A stretch of 64,000 nucleotides of DNA from Acidobacteriota bacterium (GTDB lineage Bacteria; Acidobacteriota; UBA890; WLXD01), in assembly GCA_965248695.1 (NCBI GenBank), contig CBDFKD010000002.1, forward strand, positions 1,632,001 through 1,696,000, read 5' to 3'. The position numbers and the translations under genes were made by a program. Below are positions 32,902 through 42,661 of the stretch, piece by piece. Under the pieces are notes generated by a model. It did not search any database, was not told the origin of the DNA, and worked only from the letters and a program-made list of their open reading frames with translations. The first letter of the stretch is position 1. Each line of letters starts with the position of its first letter.

Positions 32902-33418
32902 TGACCCTCTTCCACTCATCGAGCAGGTCATGGCGCTCGAAATAGACGCGCACGGACTCGGCGTCGACGCCGGTGGCGCGTAGTAGCTCGACGATGTCGG
33001 CCAACTCCTGGAATTGCCGGCTCGGGTCGTTCTTGGCCGCCAGCACCTTCATGGCCACCAGGTGCTCGGGCCGCGGTACCTTGGCAACGACGCCCGGGAA
33101 GATCTCCGACTCTTCGGCCTCACCGAACAGATCCTTCGCGGTCGGCGGATCGACGTAGACGACGTCGATGCGGCCCATCTCGGCGACCGGGTGCGCGTGG
33201 CTGGAGTATCCGTCCGACCGGTGCAACGTCTCGTAGCCGAGCGATTCCAGGTGCGCCACCAGAAAGTCCTGCGCGCGCCGCTCCGCGGCGATATCAACGT
33301 CGAGCGTCAGACGGCCGGCTCCATGGACGGCGAGCGCCAGCCCGCCGATCACGGCCCAGTCCGCCTGGTGCGCGGCCAAGCACGCCGCTGCCTCCCGCAG
33401 CACCCTGGCAAAGTCCAC
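32888..33418 (-). CDS. Pol-beta-superfamily nucleotidyltransferase (AbiEii/DUF2204-like)
   Basis: VIGGLALAVHG..RLTLDVD motif, RIDVV, PEHLVAMKVLA...ELADI. Confidence 0.82.
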   Translation of the reverse strand: MDFARVLREAAACLAAHQADWAVIGGLALAVHGAGRLTLDVDIAAERRAQDFLVAHLESLGYETLHRSDGYSSHAHPVAEMGRIDVVYVDPPTAKDLFGEAEESEIFPGVVAKVPRPEHLVAMKVLAAKNDPSRQFQELADIVELLRATGVDAESVRVYFERHDLLDEWKRVNASL

Positions 33419-33440
33419 CAGTCGCCCTCAGTGGCTCCCG

Positions 33441-34265
33441 CTAGAGCGGCCGATTCGGGTAGGCGATCGTGCGCCACATGTGGGCAACCGGGCTGTTGTC
33501 GTATCCCAGCCCTTCCTTCGGCTGCTTGAAATGGCGTCCGATGATGTCGATGAAGGGCTCGATCGATACCTCGGCATCGCGGTCGAACGCGTAGGTGTCG
33601 TTGACCGTGATCAAGCGAGCATCCATGTACATCGGGTGTGCACGGGCGTACTCGTACGCCGCCTTGATGTACGGCTCGGGGACGTAGTCCTCGCCGAAGA
33701 TGCGGTTGTACATCTCGGGGTACTCGTAGCCGACGCTGTCGTCGGGGTAGAAGCGCAACGGCGCGTGGTAGCGGATCCCCCAGCTGACGCGCTCGTCGAC
33801 GTACGGCTCCATGAGCTGCGCTCCCCACCAGCCGTGATCGACCTTGATCAGGTTGAGCACCACGTCGTGGAGCAGACACGCCAGGACCGTATGCTCCGGC
33901 TGCCCGGTCTTGAGCGCGTGAGTGGCGCTCTGCAGCACATGGTTGGCGGGTGCGAAGCGCTTCTCGAAGAACTCCGCCAGCGTCGGCTTGTCCGACATCG
34001 GGGCGAACGGCTCGGCACGTGGCATGAACAAGCTGCCGGTGCCTCGCGGCGCCCGGCGCTCGTCCTCCTGCTGCAGCTCGGCCACCGCAACGGCCTCGCC
34101 GTCGGGCATGTAGAGCACCGGCTCGACACCATCGCGGGCAGCGACGGCGAGATCGAGCTCCTCCATCATGTAGTGCTCGAGCTCTTCGGCCTTGTCCTCC
34201 GGAGACATCAGCTCGAGTGTGCCTACGCCCAGTGTGGCCAGGAATGCTCTGCGATCGACCTCCAT
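33441..34265 (-). CDS. HD-domain metalloprotein (H..HD..H..H..D diiron type) with a twin-arginine-like N-terminus
   Basis: NHVLQSAT, LACLLHDV, DHGWWGA, IRYH, VNDTYAFD; starts MEVDRRAFL after a GAGGAG RBS. Confidence 0.8.
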   Translation of the reverse strand: MEVDRRAFLATLGVGTLELMSPEDKAEELEHYMMEELDLAVAARDGVEPVLYMPDGEAVAVAELQQEDERRAPRGTGSLFMPRAEPFAPMSDKPTLAEFFEKRFAPANHVLQSATHALKTGQPEHTVLACLLHDVVLNLIKVDHGWWGAQLMEPYVDERVSWGIRYHAPLRFYPDDSVGYEYPEMYNRIFGEDYVPEPYIKAAYEYARAHPMYMDARLITVNDTYAFDRDAEVSIEPFIDIIGRHFKQPKEGLGYDNSPVAHMWRTIAYPNRPL

Positions 34266-34436
34266 GGCGGTCTCCTCGTCTCGGTGCGGAAGCAAGACTC
34301 AAGGGTGCCGGACTGCGGCATCCGCATGCTTCCACCGGGCTCGGTGCGCTGTCAACGGTGGATCGAGGCTGCGGCGGTCTCGGGCCTCTAGCAGGCATCC
34401 GATTTGACTCTCAAGGCGATGATCATGGGATCAGCT

Positions 34437-34445
34437 TGTTATACT
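34437..34445 (+). promoter_or_regulatory. Extended -10 promoter for a leaderless vapB mRNA
   Basis: TG-T-TATACT, then 6 nt, then ATG at 34452. Confidence 0.65.
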
Positions 34446-34451
34446 TATAGG

Positions 34452-34706
34452 ATGAGTACGAGGTTGCAGGTGGTGCTGGACGACGCCGAGCTCGAGGAGA
34501 TCCGTACCGTTGCGGAGCGACATCGAATGACGGTCTCCTCATGGGTGCGCCAGGCGCTGCGTGACGCCAGGCGACGCGAACCAACCCGACCGGCCGAGGT
34601 CAAGCTGGCCGCCCTGGAGCAGGCCAGTTGCCACAGCTACCCCACCGCGGACATCGACGAGATGCTGCGCCAGATCGCCCGTGGCCGCGACGGCGCCGAC
34701 GAGTGA
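34452..34706 (+). CDS. Ribbon-helix-helix antitoxin (VapB/CopG-like)
   Basis: MSTRLQVVLDDAELEEIR..A.RHRMTVSSWVRQALR; GTGA overlap with a PIN toxin gene. Confidence 0.85.
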   Translation: MSTRLQVVLDDAELEEIRTVAERHRMTVSSWVRQALRDARRREPTRPAEVKLAALEQASCHSYPTADIDEMLRQIARGRDGADE

Positions 34707-35098
34707 TCTTCGTCGATTCCAACATCCCGATGTACTTGGTGGGGGCAGCCCATCCGAACAAGACCAGGGCACGGAAAGTGCTCGCTCAACTCGTGAGCCA
34801 GGAAGCCCGGCTGGTGACGGACGCCGAGGTTTTCCAGGAAATTCTGCATCGCTACACCGCGATCCGCAGGCCCGACGCCATCGAAGCGGCGTGGCAGCTG
34901 CTTGAAGCCCTGGTCGACGAGACCTTCCCTATCGAGCTCGCTGACGTGGAAGCGGCGCGCCGCTTGATCGACGCCAAGGGCGACGTGTCGGCGCGCGACG
35001 CCCTGCACGCCGCGATCATGCTCCACAACGACGTGGCGCAGGTGTTCAGCTTCGACACGCACTTCGACGCGCTCGACGGCATCGTGCGGCTGGCGTAG
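34703..35098 (+). CDS. vapC: PIN-domain toxin
   Basis: IFVDSNIPMY, EVFQEILHRY, SARDALHAA, FSFDTHFD. Confidence 0.92.
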   Translation: MIFVDSNIPMYLVGAAHPNKTRARKVLAQLVSQEARLVTDAEVFQEILHRYTAIRRPDAIEAAWQLLEALVDETFPIELADVEAARRLIDAKGDVSARDALHAAIMLHNDVAQVFSFDTHFDALDGIVRLA

Positions 35099-35101
35099 GG
35101 G

Positions 35102-35917
35102 CTACTGACGGAATGCGCTCGAACTGCACCGCGTTGTGGTGTGCCGTCTACCCGAGCGAGACATCAGATCGACGGTGACCGGGTTGTGGTCGCTGAGACG
35201 CTCCCACGGCTCGCCCGTACTCACCTCGGCGGAACGCAAGCAGGCCGCCCAACTCTTCGGCACCAGGATCTCGTCGCAGTGGTACGCCGTCACCGGGTCG
35301 CGCGTCCAGCGCAGCGTCTGTGTCAGAGGCACCCCAGGGTGAATGGCTCGCCACGCGTTCGCCAATCCGAGCTCCACCTCGGTCCGCTCCAGGAAGCGCT
35401 GCTCCCCGCGGCTGTTGGCGCGCTCTTCTCCGGGGGCTCGGTGGGCAACCGTCAGATTGAAGTCGCCTCCGATCACCAGGTCACCACCAGCCGACTGTGC
35501 CGCGATACCGTCGAGCATGGCATTGGCCTCGCGCACGTAGCTTCGCCGCCGGGCCGGCACGTGCACGCTGTACACGTGCCATGGCGGCCGTCGCGGCCAG
35601 GCGGTCACCACCGCCCCGACCACCCACCCGTCGAAGCCCGGAACCGGCAGGAGCGCCCGCGGCCGCCGCGGAAGCAACAGCGCCGAACCCCATTTGCCAT
35701 GCTCTACCGGGGCCCACACAAGGCGCCCGCGCGGAATCCCGAGCTCCGCGGCGAAGTTGCGCGGATCACGCGTCTCCTGCACCAGGGCGATATCGGGGGC
35801 CAGCCGATCGATCATTTCCTGCCAGTGGCTCAGCGACCCCCCGGCTCGCATGTTGAAGGAGACGAGCCGCAGCGTGGGCGTCTCACCAGGCACTACGAGA
35901 CTCCTCCTCGCGTCCAT
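35102..35917 (-). CDS. Endonuclease/exonuclease/phosphatase (EEP) family protein
   Basis: LVSFNM, DIALVQE, YSVH, IGGDFN, HCDEIL, LSDHNPV. Confidence 0.88.
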   Translation of the reverse strand: MDARRSLVVPGETPTLRLVSFNMRAGGSLSHWQEMIDRLAPDIALVQETRDPRNFAAELGIPRGRLVWAPVEHGKWGSALLLPRRPRALLPVPGFDGWVVGAVVTAWPRRPPWHVYSVHVPARRRSYVREANAMLDGIAAQSAGGDLVIGGDFNLTVAHRAPGEERANSRGEQRFLERTEVELGLANAWRAIHPGVPLTQTLRWTRDPVTAYHCDEILVPKSWAACLRSAEVSTGEPWERLSDHNPVTVDLMSRSGRRHTTTRCSSSAFRQ

Positions 35918-35954
35918 TGCTTGAACCTAATTAGTTAGTTTAGTATTGAACTAA
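35917..35954 (+). promoter_or_regulatory. AT-rich promoter/operator of phd-vapC with inverted repeat TTAGTT-N8-AACTAA
   Basis: ttagtt at 35935-35940 and aactaa at 35949-35954 flank a TAGTAT -10-like hexamer, directly before ATG 35956. Confidence 0.6.
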
Positions 35955-35955
35955 G

Positions 35956-36207
35956 ATGAAGGTCAATATGCACGACGCCAAGACGAATCTGTCGCGCTAC
36001 CTGGCGCAGTTGCGCGACGGCGAGAGCATCGTTGTCTGCCGCCGCAACGTGCCGGTGGCGGAGATCCGACCCCTGCGTCCACAGCGACGCCAGCTCGCGG
36101 AGCCTGGCCGCTGGAAGGGCGCGATCAAGGTGCCGGCCGATTTCTCCGCGTCCCTCCCGGATGCACTACTCGACGCGTTCGAGGGCCTACCGAGCAGCGA
36201 GGAATGA
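35956..36207 (+). CDS. Phd/YefM-family antitoxin
   Basis: VNMHDAKTNLSRYL..GESIVVCRRNVPVAEI. Confidence 0.92.
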   Translation: MKVNMHDAKTNLSRYLAQLRDGESIVVCRRNVPVAEIRPLRPQRRQLAEPGRWKGAIKVPADFSASLPDALLDAFEGLPSSEE

Positions 36208-36590
36208 ACGTCCTCCTCGATACCGCGCCCTTCCTGTGGCTGGCCGCGGACACGCCGGCGTTGTCGAAGCGTGTCCGCGAGGTGGTTCTCGACGCAGACA
36301 ATTCGATCTTCCTCAGCGCGGTGTCGGCCTGGGAGATCGCAGTGAAGTACCGCCTGGGTCGCTTGCCCCTCCCGGAACGACCCGAGACATTGGTGCCGGC
36401 AATCCGCGACGCCTACGCCATCGAATCGCTGCCGCTGGAGGAAACGGCGACCCTACATGTGCACCGGCTGCCCGAGTACCACCGCGACCCGTTCGACCGC
36501 ATGCTGGTGTGTCAGGCGATCGCCCATGGCCTGACGCTGGCGACGCCGGACGACGCGATCCGCCGCTATCCCGTGCCGACGATCTGGTAG
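36204..36590 (+). CDS. vapC: PIN-domain toxin
   Basis: LLDTAPFLW, LSAVSAWEIAVK..LGRL, HRDPFDRMLVCQA, TPD. Confidence 0.93.
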   Translation: MNVLLDTAPFLWLAADTPALSKRVREVVLDADNSIFLSAVSAWEIAVKYRLGRLPLPERPETLVPAIRDAYAIESLPLEETATLHVHRLPEYHRDPFDRMLVCQAIAHGLTLATPDDAIRRYPVPTIW

Positions 36591-36688
36591 GCGCAGCGCA
36601 GCACGACGTCACATCGACCATCTCGGTCAACTAGCGCGCCGTCGCGGACGCCGGCACGTTCGACGCACTCGAAGACGCGGTCGGGTCG

Positions 36689-39600
36689 CTACATGTTCCG
36701 CCGGTATTGGCCGCCGACGTCGTACAGCGCCCCCGAGAGCTGGCGCAGGCTGCAGACCTTGGCCGCTTCCATCAGCGCCTCGAACGTGTTGCCGTTGTCC
36801 ACCGCGGTATGCTGCAGGCGCTCGAGCGCGTCCCCGGCGACCGTGCCGTTGCGCTCCTGGAACGCCTGGCGCGACGCGATCGCGTACTCCTTCTCCTCGG
36901 TGGTGGAACGGAAGACATCATCGGGGATGATCGTCGGTGAGCCTTCCTCGTCGAGGAACGTGTTGACGCCGACGATCGGTAGCTCGCCGGTGTGCTTGAG
37001 GCTTTCGTAATAGTGCGACTCCTCCTGGATGCGCGAGCGCTGGTACATGCGCTCCATGGCGCCCAGCACTCCGCCGCGCTCGGAGATGTTGCGGAATTCC
37101 TGCAGTACGGCCTGCTCGACGAGCTCGGTGAGCTCCTCGATGATGAACGACCCCTGTAACGGATTCTCGTTGCGCGCCAGCCCGAGCTCCTTGTTGATGA
37201 TCAGCTGGATCGCCAGCGCCCGGCGTACGCTCTCCTCCGTCGGCGTGGTCAGCGCTTCGTCGTAGGCGTTCGTGTGCAAGGAATTGCAGTTGTCGTAGAT
37301 GGCGTAGAGCGCCTGCAACGTGGTGCGGATGTCGTTGAAGGCGATCTCCTGGGCGTGCAGCGATCGCCCCGACGTCTGGATGTGGTACTTGAGCTTCTGT
37401 GAGCGTGCGCTGCCGCCGTACTTGCGCTTGATCGCCTTGGCCCAGATGCGCCGCGCCACCCGCCCCATGACCGAATACTCGGGGTCCATGCCATTGGAGA
37501 AGAAGAACGACAGGTTCGGAGCGAAGTCGTTGATCGCCATGCCGCGCGACAGGTAGTACTCGACGAAGGTGAAGCCGTTCGCCAGCGTGAAGGCCAGCTG
37601 GCTGATGGGGTTCGCTCCGGCTTCGGCCATGTGGTACCCGGAAATAGACACCGAGTAGAAATTCCGTACCTGGTGGTCGATGAAGTACTGCTGGATGTCA
37701 CCCATCATCCGCAGCGCGAACTCGGTGGAGAATATGCAGGTGTTCTGCGCCTGGTCCTCTTTGAGGATGTCCGCCTGCACGGTGCCGCGAACACCGCGCA
37801 GCGTATCGGCCTTGATGCGCTCGTAGACCTCCCGATCCAGCACCTCATCGCCGCTGACGCCGAGAAGCGCCAACCCGAGGCCGTCGCCGTGCTCGGGCGG
37901 TGCGCCCTGATACGCCGGCCGCTCCACGCCCTTGGCGTCGTAGATCGCATCGATCTTCGCCTCGACGTCGGCTGCGAGCCCTTCACGCTGTATATGCAGC
38001 TCACACTGCTGATCGATCGCGGCGTTGAGAAAGAACGCCAGCAGCATCGGCGCCGGACCGTTGATGGTCATCGACACCGACGTCGCCGGGTCGAGCAGAT
38101 CGAACCCCGAGTAGAGCTTCTTGGCGTCGTCGACCGTACAGACGCTCACCCCGGAGTTGCCCACCTTGCCGTAGATGTCGGGACGCGGATCCGGATCCTC
38201 GCCGTACAGGGTGACGGAGTCGAACGCCGTCGACAGGCGCCGCGCAGGCATCCCGTGCGACAGGTAATGGAAGCGGTGGTTGGTGCGCTCCGGGCCACCC
38301 TCGCCGGCGAACATCCGTGCCGGGTCTTCGGTCTCAATGCGCTTGAGCGGGAATACGCCGGCAGCATACGGAAACTCGCCGGGCACGTTCTCGGTCAGCA
38401 GCCAGCGCAAGATGTCGCCCCAGTCCAGATAACGTGGCAGCACCACTTTGGGAATACGCAGGTGGGACAACGACTCGGTGAACAGCGGACGCTCGATTAC
38501 CTGGTCGCGGACTTCGTACCGGTATACGTCGGCCCTGAACCGCTCCTGGGTCGCGGGCCACTCACGTAGCAGCCGCCGGCACACGGGGTCCAGGCGCTCG
38601 TGGAGCTCGTCATGGCGTGCGACGAGCTCCGTCGGGGCCTCGGCGCCATCGGCTCGCAACTGTTCAAGAGCACCGTTCAGCTGATACAGCTTGCTGCCCA
38701 TCGCCGCCTGCTCGTCGACGAACGCGCCGTAGGCATCGCTGTCCTCGGCGATCTCGGCGAGGTAGCGGACCCGCTCGGGCGGAATCACCAGCGTCGTGGC
38801 GGCGCTCACTTCAGCGCCTAGTGGACCCGGTACCGACTCGGCACCGCGGTCCGCCAACCTGTCCATCAACACGCGATACAGGCGCGTCATGCCGGGATCG
38901 TTGAACTGCGAAGCGATCGTCGAGTACACCGGGAGCTCGTCGTCCTTTGCGTCGAAGAGCTCGTGGTTGCGCCGGTACTGCTTGCGCACGTCGCGTAAGG
39001 CATCGAGCGAGCCGCGTTTGTCGAACTTGTTGATCGCGATGACGTCGGCGAAGTCGAGCATGTCGATCTTCTCGAGCTGCGTCGCAGCGCCGTACTCGGC
39101 AGTCATCACATACACCGAGACGTCGGCGTGATCGGTGATCTCGGTGTCCGACTGCCCGATGCCGGAGGTCTCGAGGATGATGAGGTCGAAGTTCGCCGCC
39201 CGACAGATATCGAGCGCGTGCCGCACATGCTTTGACAGCGCCAGGTTCGACTGCCGCGTGGCCAGCGAGCGCATGTAGGCACGATCGCTGTCGATGGCGT
39301 TCATGCGGATGCGATCGCCAAGCAGCGCCCCTCCGGTACGGCGCTTCGAGGGATCGACGGAGATCACGGCGACGGTGGTGTCATCGGACTCGAGCAGGAA
39401 CCGACGCACGAGCTCATCCACGAGCGACGACTTGCCGGCACCGCCGGGCCCCGTAATGCCCAGCACCGGCACGGAGCCGTCCTTCGTCATCGCCTGCAGG
39501 GCAGGCTGCAACTCGGTGACGGCCTCGGGGTAGTTCTCCACCATCGTGATGAGCTGACCGATCAGCCGCGGGCTGCGCTCCGCCAGTCCGGCGAGATGGC

Positions 39601-40063
39601 CATTCGGTGTGGGACCCACGGTCGAGAAATCGCTTTGCTGCAAGAGGTCGTTGACCATCCCCTGAAGCCCGAGCTGGCGCCCGTCATCGGGTGAGTAGAC
39701 ACGTGCCACTCCATATTGATGGAGCTCATCGATCTCGGCGGGATGGATAGTGCCGCCGCCGCCGCAGAACACCTTGATGTGCCCGGCGCCGCGATCGCGC
39801 AGCAGGTCGACCATGTACTTGAAGTATTCGATGTGGCCGCCCTGATAGGACGTGACGGCAATCGCCTGCGCGTCTTCCTGGATGGCGCAGTCGACGATCG
39901 CTGCGACGGACCGGTTGTGGCCGAGATGAATGACCTCGGCGCCCGATGCCTGGAGGATGCGCCGCATGATGTTGATGGCAACGTCGTGGCCATCGAACAG
40001 TGAGGCGGCTGTCACCACGCGCACATGGTGCTCAGGCTTGTAAGGTTCGACCCGTTCTCCCAT
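36689..40063 (-). CDS. icmF: Fused isobutyryl-CoA mutase/GTPase
   Basis: N-terminal B12 domain ASLFDGHD, GTPase GPGGAGKSS, mutase RMFAGEG (Phe) and [11 protein letters not shown] (Gln), ends GGQYRRNM. Confidence 0.96.
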   Translation of the reverse strand: MGERVEPYKPEHHVRVVTAASLFDGHDVAINIMRRILQASGAEVIHLGHNRSVAAIVDCAIQEDAQAIAVTSYQGGHIEYFKYMVDLLRDRGAGHIKVFCGGGGTIHPAEIDELHQYGVARVYSPDDGRQLGLQGMVNDLLQQSDFSTVGPTPNGHLAGLAERSPRLIGQLITMVENYPEAVTELQPALQAMTKDGSVPVLGITGPGGAGKSSLVDELVRRFLLESDDTTVAVISVDPSKRRTGGALLGDRIRMNAIDSDRAYMRSLATRQSNLALSKHVRHALDICRAANFDLIILETSGIGQSDTEITDHADVSVYVMTAEYGAATQLEKIDMLDFADVIAINKFDKRGSLDALRDVRKQYRRNHELFDAKDDELPVYSTIASQFNDPGMTRLYRVLMDRLADRGAESVPGPLGAEVSAATTLVIPPERVRYLAEIAEDSDAYGAFVDEQAAMGSKLYQLNGALEQLRADGAEAPTELVARHDELHERLDPVCRRLLREWPATQERFRADVYRYEVRDQVIERPLFTESLSHLRIPKVVLPRYLDWGDILRWLLTENVPGEFPYAAGVFPLKRIETEDPARMFAGEGGPERTNHRFHYLSHGMPARRLSTAFDSVTLYGEDPDPRPDIYGKVGNSGVSVCTVDDAKKLYSGFDLLDPATSVSMTINGPAPMLLAFFLNAAIDQQCELHIQREGLAADVEAKIDAIYDAKGVERPAYQGAPPEHGDGLGLALLGVSGDEVLDREVYERIKADTLRGVRGTVQADILKEDQAQNTCIFSTEFALRMMGDIQQYFIDHQVRNFYSVSISGYHMAEAGANPISQLAFTLANGFTFVEYYLSRGMAINDFAPNLSFFFSNGMDPEYSVMGRVARRIWAKAIKRKYGGSARSQKLKYHIQTSGRSLHAQEIAFNDIRTTLQALYAIYDNCNSLHTNAYDEALTTPTEESVRRALAIQLIINKELGLARNENPLQGSFIIEELTELVEQAVLQEFRNISERGGVLGAMERMYQRSRIQEESHYYESLKHTGELPIVGVNTFLDEEGSPTIIPDDVFRSTTEEKEYAIASRQAFQERNGTVAGDALERLQHTAVDNGNTFEALMEAAKVCSLRQLSGALYDVGGQYRRNM

Positions 40064-40100
40064 CACTGCGATCTTACTTGCAGCTCCGGGAATCCGCCTG

Positions 40101-40859
40101 TCAGGCGCTCGCTTTCGCCTCGCTGCCCGCTGCTGGCAATTCGCCGAACTTGCGGCGGTAGTACCGCTCCCAGTAGCTGTTGGCAACGGTCCCGATCACC
40201 CCGGGGGCGACCCACGGCACCCAATTGAACTGCCCCAGGATCGACAAATCGAGCACTATCCTCGAACCGAACACCAGGAACGCCGTGTGGAAGGCAATGC
40301 CGGCGCCCAGCAGCGCACCCATGTGCTCGTAGAACCAGGTCATCTTCTCTGCTGGCCGCCGATACGCGTACTTGTACATCCCATGGGTGGTCAATACACC
40401 GACCGGCGAGAGGGCCAGCATGATAATTGACACGCTGGACCAGAAGAACAAAGCCCAGGCGATAACGACAGCGCTACCGACAGCCGGAAGCACCATCAGC
40501 GCGCGATACAGCGGGGTACGGATGGAGTCCGGATCGCGCCGCGTCCGCACCGCCTGTATGGCGTGGTGCGTCAGCGCGATCGTCGCGCAGCCGAGATAGA
40601 ACAGAAAGATCAGGAACCCGAAATTGGTGGCGTTGTCGGTTATCGAGGCGCCGGCAGCCAGTGCCCGGCCGATACGCAGCGGCGGCGTCAACATCGCGGA
40701 GCCCCCCACTGCGAAGGCGCACACCGCGAACACCTTCCCGAACAGCATGTGCCGCTTACCGCCCTTCTTGCTGAGGATCGGCACCCACCAGGCCGCGAGG
40801 CCTACGAATCCCAACACAATGTGGCTCCACCTGAGCACCTGAATCAGTCCTTCCATCAT
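40101..40859 (-). CDS. Multi-TM membrane protein (DUF2306-like)
   Basis: [30 protein letters not shown]; coupled to padR. Confidence 0.75.
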   Translation of the reverse strand: MMEGLIQVLRWSHIVLGFVGLAAWWVPILSKKGGKRHMLFGKVFAVCAFAVGGSAMLTPPLRIGRALAAGASITDNATNFGFLIFLFYLGCATIALTHHAIQAVRTRRDPDSIRTPLYRALMVLPAVGSAVVIAWALFFWSSVSIIMLALSPVGVLTTHGMYKYAYRRPAEKMTWFYEHMGALLGAGIAFHTAFLVFGSRIVLDLSILGQFNWVPWVAPGVIGTVANSYWERYYRRKFGELPAAGSEAKASA

Positions 40860-41443
40860 CGTTCCTCCGCGCCGACAGGCTCCGGGTGGGCCGCGGCGAT
40901 TCGTTCGTTGAGTCGCTCAGTCGTCTCGTCGCACCAGGCGATCCGCGCTCGGTGGGCATGCAGGCCCATCCGCAACGCGGCGTGGTAGTGAAATCCATCT
41001 GCGTCGAGCTGGGAGAGATCGCCATACTCGTCGCGAATCTGGAGATCGGCCTGCTCCAGGAACGTGACCTTGTGAGCCCATTCGCGCCGCATACGGCGGA
41101 CCATGCGCAACGACTCCTCGAAGTTATCAAGCTCTCCGAGGAAGAACGTCTGCGCCACGTAGGCAAGGCGCTCACGACCGATCTTCGGTCCTTCACACAG
41201 CCAGGCGCGGAGGGCCTGCCGCCCAGCCGGCGTGGTTTCGTACACCTGCCGCCGGGGACCACGCTCCGACGGCGCCTCGGTACGTTGCAGGAGACCATCC
41301 GCCTCCATCCGCTTGAGCGCCGGATAGATCTGGCTGCGCTCGGCAAACCAGAAGTGGGCCGCCGCCTCGGTGAACTGTTTGCCCAAGTCGTACCCCGTCG
41401 ACGGGCTACGCAGCATACCGAGGAGGATGTGGTCGAGGCTCAT
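40856..41443 (-). CDS. PadR-family transcriptional regulator with C-terminal helical domain
   Basis: MSLDHILLGML..PSTGYDL..FW..SQIYPALKRME..G..RQVYETTPAGRQALRAWL. Confidence 0.93.
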   Translation of the reverse strand: MSLDHILLGMLRSPSTGYDLGKQFTEAAAHFWFAERSQIYPALKRMEADGLLQRTEAPSERGPRRQVYETTPAGRQALRAWLCEGPKIGRERLAYVAQTFFLGELDNFEESLRMVRRMRREWAHKVTFLEQADLQIRDEYGDLSQLDADGFHYHAALRMGLHAHRARIAWCDETTERLNERIAAAHPEPVGAEER

Positions 41444-41467
41444 TCCGGTCCCTGTTAGGTAAGACAA

Positions 41468-41506
41468 TAGATAAGTATTTATATAAATCTTTATCTAGTC
41501 TGTCAA
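41468..41506 (-). promoter_or_regulatory. Sigma70 promoter overlapped by a 30-bp palindromic operator (probable PadR site)
   Basis: TAGATAA-gt-ATTTATATAAAT-ct-TTATCTA at 41468-41497; minus-strand TTGACA (41506-41501), 17 nt, TATAAA. Confidence 0.8.
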
Positions 41507-41572
41507 CCTGGACGGCTCCGCCGATAACGACACGGCGTCGAGCCGGCTTCGCGGTGAGCGCGACGCGTCGGC

Positions 41573-42661
41573 TCAGCGGTTCTTCTTGTAGTGCTTGCGA
41601 TAGTCGGTGTGGATCTTCTTCCAGCGCTTCTTCTCTGCCAGCGCTGCCCCGAGGTCGCGCCGACGCTCCTCATACGCCAGCTCCTTCTGCAACTTCTCGT
41701 AGCTTGCCCAGCGCTCCGGTGTGATCGAGCCTGACTGGACCGCCTCGCGCACCGCACACCCCGGCTCATCGGCGTGAGTGCAGTCGCGAAACCGGCAGCC
41801 GTCGATCACCGCCGCGACGTCGTCGAAGGTCTCTTCCAGACCGTCGTCGGCGTCGACGAGGCCGAGCTCGCGCATGCCCGGCGTATCGAGCGCCAGCGCG
41901 CCGCCCGGCAATCGGAAGATCTCTCGGTGAGTCGTCGTGTGTCGGCCCTTGTCGTCGGTCTCGCGTATTTCCTGGGTGCGCAGCAGCTCGCTGCCGGCAA
42001 ATATGTTCACCAAGGTCGACTTGCCAACCCCCGACGATCCCAGCAGTACCACCGTCTTCCCAGGGCTCAAGTACGCCTGTAGCTCCTGGATACCCTCCCC
42101 GGTGACCGCGCTGACAGCCAGTATCGGCGCGCCGGCCGCCGCCGGGCGAACTTCGGTCAGCCGCGCCTCGAGATCATCGCACTGGTCGAGCTTGGTCAAT
42201 ACGACGACCGGCTGGGCGCCGCTTTCCCAGGCCGCCACCAGGTAGCGCTCGATGCGGCGCGGACTGAGCTCCTGATTGAGCGAGGTCACCAGGAAGACAA
42301 CATCGACATTCGCAGCCACTACCTGTTCCTGACTTTCGGTACCCGACTTGCGCCGCACGAACTGGGTGCTGCGGGGCAGGATCTCCGTGATGGTCGCCGG
42401 CCCGTCGGCCTCAGCCTCGATCAGCACCCAATCGCCTACCGCCGGCAACTCGCGCCGTCCCGACGCGCGGTAGAGCATGCGGCCCGGGGCTACACCGGTG
42501 GCCTCACCCCACGGTGTGATGAGCCGATACTCGCCGCGATGCTGGGCGATCACGCGCGCCGGCGCCAAGCTGGAGCCGGCCTCGAGGGCAGCCCCAACGT
42601 CGTCGCTCCAGCCCCAGTCCAGGAGCCGGCCGCCGGAGAGCGCCTCGGCGCCGTCGCTCAT
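41573..42661 (-). CDS. rsgA: Ribosome small subunit-dependent GTPase A
   Basis: PAVGDWV, VAANVD, VLTKLD, LLGSSGVGKSTLVN, KGRHTTT, DTPGMRE, CRFRDCTHADEPGCAV. Confidence 0.95.
   Translation of the reverse strand: MSDGAEALSGGRLLDWGWSDDVGAALEAGSSLAPARVIAQHRGEYRLITPWGEATGVAPGRMLYRASGRRELPAVGDWVLIEAEADGPATITEILPRSTQFVRRKSGTESQEQVVAANVDVVFLVTSLNQELSPRRIERYLVAAWESGAQPVVVLTKLDQCDDLEARLTEVRPAAAGAPILAVSAVTGEGIQELQAYLSPGKTVVLLGSSGVGKSTLVNIFAGSELLRTQEIRETDDKGRHTTTHREIFRLPGGALALDTPGMRELGLVDADDGLEETFDDVAAVIDGCRFRDCTHADEPGCAVREAVQSGSITPERWASYEKLQKELAYEERRRDLGAALAEKKRWKKIHTDYRKHYKKNR

Noticed and set aside
34388-34396. Additional MITE A copy at ctagcaggc
   Set aside because: Only 9 bp match with no further similarity, too short to call.
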